Part shown: piece by piece, positions 59,293 to 64,000 of the stretch
Numbering within the stretch: the stretch's first letter is position 1
Layout: each line of letters starts with the position of its first letter
Source of the DNA: Candidatus Binatia bacterium
GTDB lineage: Bacteria; Desulfobacterota; Binatia; HRBIN30
Assembly (NCBI GenBank): GCA_038245295.1
Contig: JBBRSP010000011.1
Location: forward strand, 138,658-202,657
Reading direction: 5' to 3'
Length of the DNA stretch: 64,000 nucleotides
Notes under the pieces: generated by a model
What the model was told of the DNA's origin: nothing
What the model saw: the letters and a program-made list of their open reading frames with translations, nothing else
The model's database searches: none
Position numbers and translations under genes: made by a program

Positions 59293-59450
59293 TGCGGCGA
59301 TGGTATCAGCCGCTCGGGCTGCGGCAAGGACGACCCTTCCAACAGGATGGGCCGAACACGTCTCCGTCGAATGCGGCGACCTGTCGGGAGGCGTGGCTAC
59401 TTCGGCGGTGATAAGAGCTCTGGTATGAAGCTGTCCGCCTTGAGGACCCG

Positions 59451-59879
59451 ATGAAGATCCGGCCGTTCGAAGATCGCGACGAAGAGGTGGTGATCGCGCT
59501 GTGGCGACGCTGTGGACTCGTGCGCCCGTGGAATCACCCCGGCAAAGACATCGCGCGCAAACGGGCCGCTCAACCCGAGCTCTTCCTGGTGGGTTGCCTA
59601 GAGGCGGAAGTCGTCGCCACGGTGATGGCCGGCTACGATGGACACCGCGGCTGGATCAACTATCTCGCCGTCGATCCAACCCGGCAACGGGGTGGTCTGG
59701 GTCGTTTGATGATGGACGAAGCCGAACGGCGACTGCGTGCCCTCGGGTGCGCCAAGATCAATCTCCAAATCCGCCACGACAACGGTCAGGCGATCCAGTT
59801 CTATGAACGCATCGGTTTTCGGGAAGATGCCGTCGTCAGCTTTGGAAAGCGCCTCGAAGACGATACGAACTCGTCATGA
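59451..59879 (+). CDS. GNAT acetyltransferase (YpeA-like)
   Basis: LVRPWN.P..DI.RK, MAGYDGHRGWINYLAV, GC.KINLQIR. Confidence 0.92.
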   Translation: MKIRPFEDRDEEVVIALWRRCGLVRPWNHPGKDIARKRAAQPELFLVGCLEAEVVATVMAGYDGHRGWINYLAVDPTRQRGGLGRLMMDEAERRLRALGCAKINLQIRHDNGQAIQFYERIGFREDAVVSFGKRLEDDTNSS

Positions 59880-59911
59880 TCTTCGAGCCCCCGATCTGTG
59901 AACAGCAAGTG

Positions 59912-60074
59912 CCCCCTCTCCCACCTCGAGCGGGTTATCGGATCGTGGGAGAGGGTCGGGGTGAGGGACGGCACCCGGTCGCCTGCACCCACGGTGCAGG
60001 CGGCGACCCACAGACGAACTTTCACCCCAACCCTCTCCCAGAGGTTGCGAATCCATCTGAGCTGGGAGAGGGAG
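59912..60074. repeat. Inverted doublet of CCCTCTCCC...GGGAGAGGG palindromic elements
   Basis: ccccctctcccac...gtgggagagggtcggggtgaggg and tcaccccaaccctctcccag...ctgggagagggag; related copies near 258-280 and 57613-57659. Confidence 0.7.
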
Positions 60075-60114
60075 TGTCTTGGGCTCGCCGCCAGCTCATC
60101 TTCAGGGAGGCTGA

Positions 60115-60582
60115 ATGACGGACGTCGACATCCGTGTCGTTGACCCTGGCTGCGCAGAGGCGCAAACGCTGATCGTGGCGCTCGATGAGGATCTGTCGAC
60201 GCGTTATCCCGGAATGCCGCCGATCGGCATCGACATTGCCGACTTCCTTCGCGCCGGAGGTGTCTTTGTGGTCGCCTGGAACGAAGGCGAGCCAGCCGCC
60301 TGCGGTGCCTTGCGCCGCTACGACGCCGATCGCGTCGAGATCAAGCGCATGTATGTCGCCCCGCACCATCGCCGCCGCGGCCTATCGCGTGCCCTGCTGA
60401 CCTTTCTCGAGGCGGAAGCGACGCGCCGTGGCTTTGCGCGGCTCATGATTGAAACCGGCGACAAGCAACCCGAGGCCGTGGCGCTCTACGAGTCAGCCGG
60501 ATACGAGCATATCGCTGCGTTTGGCCCGTATATCGGCAACCCGTGGAGCGTCTGCTTCGCGAAAGCCCTACTCTGCCTGTGA
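60115..60582 (+). CDS. GNAT acetyltransferase
   Basis: CGALR, EIKRMYV..RRRGL, ETG..QPEA..LY...GY. Confidence 0.92.
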   Translation: MTDVDIRVVDPGCAEAQTLIVALDEDLSTRYPGMPPIGIDIADFLRAGGVFVVAWNEGEPAACGALRRYDADRVEIKRMYVAPHHRRRGLSRALLTFLEAEATRRGFARLMIETGDKQPEAVALYESAGYEHIAAFGPYIGNPWSVCFAKALLCL

Positions 60583-60593
60583 AGGGGATTACG

Positions 60594-61016
60594 ATGACGC
60601 GCGTGTTTGCTTCCAAGGTTGATCGTTGGCTCGTTATCCTATTCGCGCTGTCGGCGTTGAGTGCCATCGTAGGTTGTGCCGCCGCAGCCGCCGTCGCCGA
60701 TGGTGCCGAGTTGCTCGTGATGGCCGTCTCCCTGGCGATTGCTATCGGGTTGCCGGTGTGGATTCTGCGCAGCACGCGCTACACTCTTGACGAGCAGACT
60801 CTGAAGGTGCACAGCGGGCCGTTCTCGTGGACAATCCCGCTGCGTGAGATCACCTCCATCACGCCAACACGCAGCCCGCTGTCGAGCCCGGCGCTGTCTC
60901 TCGATCGCCTACGCATCGAATACGGCGGACGCGCACTCATGATTTCGCCGCGGGATCGGCAAGAGTTCCTGAGCGAGATCGAAGCGCGCCGGGGTTCTGT
61001 GCCGCGAGCGCAATGA
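60594..61016 (+). CDS. Membrane-anchored bacterial PH-domain protein
   Basis: F.SKVD.WL, 2 TM, T.YTL, SSPALSLDRL.I.Y, ISP. Confidence 0.85.
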   Translation: MTRVFASKVDRWLVILFALSALSAIVGCAAAAAVADGAELLVMAVSLAIAIGLPVWILRSTRYTLDEQTLKVHSGPFSWTIPLREITSITPTRSPLSSPALSLDRLRIEYGGRALMISPRDRQEFLSEIEARRGSVPRAQ

Positions 61017-61089
61017 TTGGTGCGGTCGAAGATGCAGCCGGCGAGCCCCCGGTTGACCCCGGTGCGGCACCTGAATCAAGGAGTGGGTC

Positions 61090-62124
61090 ATGTCTGGATA
61101 CACGCGACGCTGGTCCTCTGACGAGATCAACGAGTGGTACGCCCGCCGGCCGTGGCTGTGCGGCTTCAACTATCTGCCGCGTGCGGCGGTGAATTGGATC
61201 GAGCTGTGGCAGGCCGAGAGCTTCGATGCGGCGACAATCGATCAGGAATTGGGCTGGGCGCAGGCGGTTGGATTCAACACGCTACGCACCAATCTTCATC
61301 CGCTGGTGTGGAGCGCCGATCCGGCGGGGATGCGGGCGCGCCTTGATACGTTCCTCGGCATCGCGTCGCGCCATGGCCTATCGACGATGCTTTGCCTGTT
61401 CGATGACTGCGGCTTCTCCGGTATCGAGCCGCATCTGGGACGACAGGGTGATCCGATCCCCGGCGTGCACAACAGCGGGGCAGTGGCGAGCCCGGGACGT
61501 GCTGTCGTGCGGGACCGCGCCCAGTGGCCACGGTTACAACGATACGTCGAGGATATTGTCGGGCACTTCACCGGCGATGAGCGCATCGTCGCATGGGATC
61601 TCTACAACGAGCCGGGCAACGACTCTGTGTTTGTCCCGGAGCGTTTCGCTTTCCTGTCGACGCAACTGTTGCCGCACAGCCTCGATCTCTTACAGCGCAC
61701 CTTTGAATGGGCCCGCGCGTCGCGGCCGACGCAGCCACTGACAACGGGCGTCTGGTTCCCTGCCTTCGAGGAGAACCGCATTCTCCTCGACCTCTCCGAC
61801 TTCGTCACCTTCCACAACTACTCCGACCTCGCTGCGACGACGGCGCAGGTCGACAGCTTGAGAAGCGAAGGTCGTCCCATCGTCTGCACCGAGTGGCTAG
61901 CGCGTAACATAGGATCGATGGCGGCCACACACTTGCCCTATTTCAAGGCGCAGCGTGTCGGTTGTTACCATTGGGGCCTGGTGAATGGTCGCACGCAGAC
62001 ACACCTCGCCTGGCCTGGCTTCGAAGCCGCCGGCAACCCATGGCAGCATGATCTGTTTCATGCCGACGGGCGTGAGTACGATGGGAAGGAAATGGAGACC
62101 TTCCGAGCGTCGCTTCGGGCCTAG
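61090..62124 (+). CDS. Glycoside hydrolase, GH5-like (clan A)
   Basis: G.NYLP..AVN, WDLYNEP (acid/base), TFHNY, CTEWLAR (nucleophile). Confidence 0.85.
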   Translation: MSGYTRRWSSDEINEWYARRPWLCGFNYLPRAAVNWIELWQAESFDAATIDQELGWAQAVGFNTLRTNLHPLVWSADPAGMRARLDTFLGIASRHGLSTMLCLFDDCGFSGIEPHLGRQGDPIPGVHNSGAVASPGRAVVRDRAQWPRLQRYVEDIVGHFTGDERIVAWDLYNEPGNDSVFVPERFAFLSTQLLPHSLDLLQRTFEWARASRPTQPLTTGVWFPAFEENRILLDLSDFVTFHNYSDLAATTAQVDSLRSEGRPIVCTEWLARNIGSMAATHLPYFKAQRVGCYHWGLVNGRTQTHLAWPGFEAAGNPWQHDLFHADGREYDGKEMETFRASLRA

Positions 62125-62144
62125 GCTTGGGCTCGGGCTTAGGC

Positions 62145-62900
62145 TTAGGGTGAAGCGCGGTGTAAGCGGTATTGTTGGCCCACCCAGTGCGCGCCGGGGT
62201 GCGAGGACCACCGATCGACGATCTCCTGCATCGCCGGCGGCATCGGGTGTGGGCGGTGCATATCGGGATGCTCGACATCGACTACGACGGCGAGGAGTGC
62301 TGCGCAGGTGAGGTCCGCCACGCTGAACTGTTGGCCGGCGAGGTAACCGGTCGCCCGCGAATTCTCGGCGACAAAATCGAGAGCACGTTGTGTCGCCTCA
62401 AAGCTGCGCGCGATGTTGGCCGGATCGTTGACGCCGTTGGCCTTGCCAATCAGCGGGCGGACGAGCGGGACTATGGCGCGGTATGCCTTGCGTTTCAGCC
62501 ACGGCTTGGAACTGGAGAACACAGCGCACAGGTAGTCGAGGTCGTGGATGAGAACCGAAAAGACGACGGTGCGCGTCGCCGGCCCGACTTCGGCGTCGAA
62601 GCGCTCCTCGATCTCCAGCGCTCGTTGCCGCAGTTGCGGGTCGGTCGGGTACAACGCCGGCTGCGGGAATCGTGTCTCTAGTTCGTCGAGAATCCGCGCC
62701 GAGCCGGGGACTACTTTGCCGTCGATGACCATCACCGGTGTTTGCGTCTGGCCGGATAACTTCTGCATGGCTGGCGCGTGCGGTCCGGGCAGGTAGTCGA
62801 TGCGATCATGTGGCACGCCCTTCCAGGCCAAGCCCCAACGCGCCTTCTCGTTGAAGTGAGATCGAATGAACTGGTGCAAAACAATCTTCGGTGCCGCCAT
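62145..62900 (-). CDS. Glutathione S-transferase family protein
   Basis: SHFNEKARW.L, TPV, S.RIL..LE, YLAG..FS.ADL. Confidence 0.88.
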   Translation of the reverse strand: MAAPKIVLHQFIRSHFNEKARWGLAWKGVPHDRIDYLPGPHAPAMQKLSGQTQTPVMVIDGKVVPGSARILDELETRFPQPALYPTDPQLRQRALEIEERFDAEVGPATRTVVFSVLIHDLDYLCAVFSSSKPWLKRKAYRAIVPLVRPLIGKANGVNDPANIARSFEATQRALDFVAENSRATGYLAGQQFSVADLTCAALLAVVVDVEHPDMHRPHPMPPAMQEIVDRWSSHPGAHWVGQQYRLHRASP

Positions 62901-62986
62901 GGCGTCCTCCGCCGATGCGTTATTGCACGTTGGCGGGCGCCCAATCTACTTGACTCTCCTCCTACCTTCTCGGAGAAGGGCACCCC

Positions 62987-63832
62987 ATGGGAAAACAGAT
63001 TTCTAGCAGCCTGGTCGGGCTCACCTTCGAGCCGGTGCAATTTGCGTGGAGTGCGAAGGACGTCATGCTCTACGCCGTTGGTGTCGGCGCCAAGCCGGAA
63101 GGCGAGTTGGAGTATGTCTTCGAGGGTAAGGGGCCGAAGGTGTTGCCGACCTATGCTGTCATCCCGGGGATGTTTTCCATGGGTGGGCTGGTCAGTAGTG
63201 TCGACTTCGACCTCGCCATGCTGCTGCACGGTGAGCAATCGATCACTTTGCATCGCGAGATCCCACCCGAGGCGACGGTGACGATCACTGGACGCGTCGC
63301 CGAGGTCTTCGACAAGGGCAAGGCTGCTGTCATCGGCTGCGAAGGTCTGGTCGAAGACGACAAGGGGCCGCTGATGACCACCAAGGCGATCTTGTTCATC
63401 CGTGGTGCCGGTGGCTTCGGCGGTGAGCGTGGTCCGTCGACCGCCGATGTGAACAAACCGCCCGAGCGGGCTCCGGATGTTGTCGAGCAAGACGTGACGC
63501 GACCGGAGCAGGGCGCCATCTACCGCTTGTCCGGTGACCCGAACCCAATCCACATCGATCCCGACTTCGCCAAGATGGCCGGCTTCCCGGCACCGTTCGT
63601 GCACGGCTTATGCACCTACGGATTTGCCGGGCGCGCTATGCTCAAGTCATTGTGCGGCGGCGATGCTTCGCGCTTCCTGCACTTCGAGGCGCGCTTCGCC
63701 GATCAGGTCTACTTCGGCGATACGATCGTCACGAAAGCGTGGATCACCTCGCCGGGCGAGGCGATCGTCCAATGTGAGACGCAGAAGGGCAACGTCGTCC
63801 TGTCGCAGGCGAAGTTTCGCTACCGGCCCTGA
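62987..63832 (+). CDS. MaoC-family double hot-dog (R)-enoyl-CoA hydratase
   Basis: MLYAVGVGA, LLHGEQ, DKGK, YRLSGDPNPIHIDP..A...HGLCTYG. Confidence 0.9.
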   Translation: MGKQISSSLVGLTFEPVQFAWSAKDVMLYAVGVGAKPEGELEYVFEGKGPKVLPTYAVIPGMFSMGGLVSSVDFDLAMLLHGEQSITLHREIPPEATVTITGRVAEVFDKGKAAVIGCEGLVEDDKGPLMTTKAILFIRGAGGFGGERGPSTADVNKPPERAPDVVEQDVTRPEQGAIYRLSGDPNPIHIDPDFAKMAGFPAPFVHGLCTYGFAGRAMLKSLCGGDASRFLHFEARFADQVYFGDTIVTKAWITSPGEAIVQCETQKGNVVLSQAKFRYRP

Positions 63833-64000
63833 AGATTGCCAAGGCGGGTTCGCGGTGTTCGGGTGCGCGTCAAATTCGTGGGTGCGAACACCTCGCCTTC
63901 ACCCAATCAGGCAGCGCAACGCCAGAGGTCTTCCCATCGGTTACTGAGGAGACGACAGCGTAGCGCAATCACTGCGTTGGCGCCGGCAACGGTCCAGCGC

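Noticed and set aside
62121..62150. Telomere-like hexamer run (ctaggc ttgggc tcgggc ttaggc ttaggg)
   Set aside because: Only five degenerate units between convergent stops; too short to interpret

Overview
GC-rich bacterial chromosomal segment with about 60 genes. The gene style (GDC..DG.VTVDEL dockerin-like C-terminus, MYXO-CTERM, CSLREA, F420-type oxidoreductases) suggests a deltaproteobacterial/Binatota-like host; this is inference. Housekeeping genes include fused trpE(G), purB, waaF, hom, glpX, rne, cstA, metF and thrC, plus many lipid/acyl-CoA and redox enzymes. I saw no tRNA, rRNA, CRISPR array, prophage or intact transposase. Most notable: (1) secreted, Pro/Thr-stalked surface proteins built from interchangeable modules, including an unrecognised tandem C-terminal domain shared by two neighbours; (2) a secreted protein that is almost purely (His-Lys-Pro)n, next to an orphan TolC/CzcC gene; (3) a probable sulfoquinovose-monooxygenase cluster with a GH188-like sulfoquinovosidase; (4) a self-nesting REP/MITE structure between hom and rne; (5) a plant-type thrC-cystathionine gamma-synthase operon; (6) a B12 mutase with the isobutyryl-CoA mutase signature. 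All family calls are by motif recognition from memory; no database searches were run.
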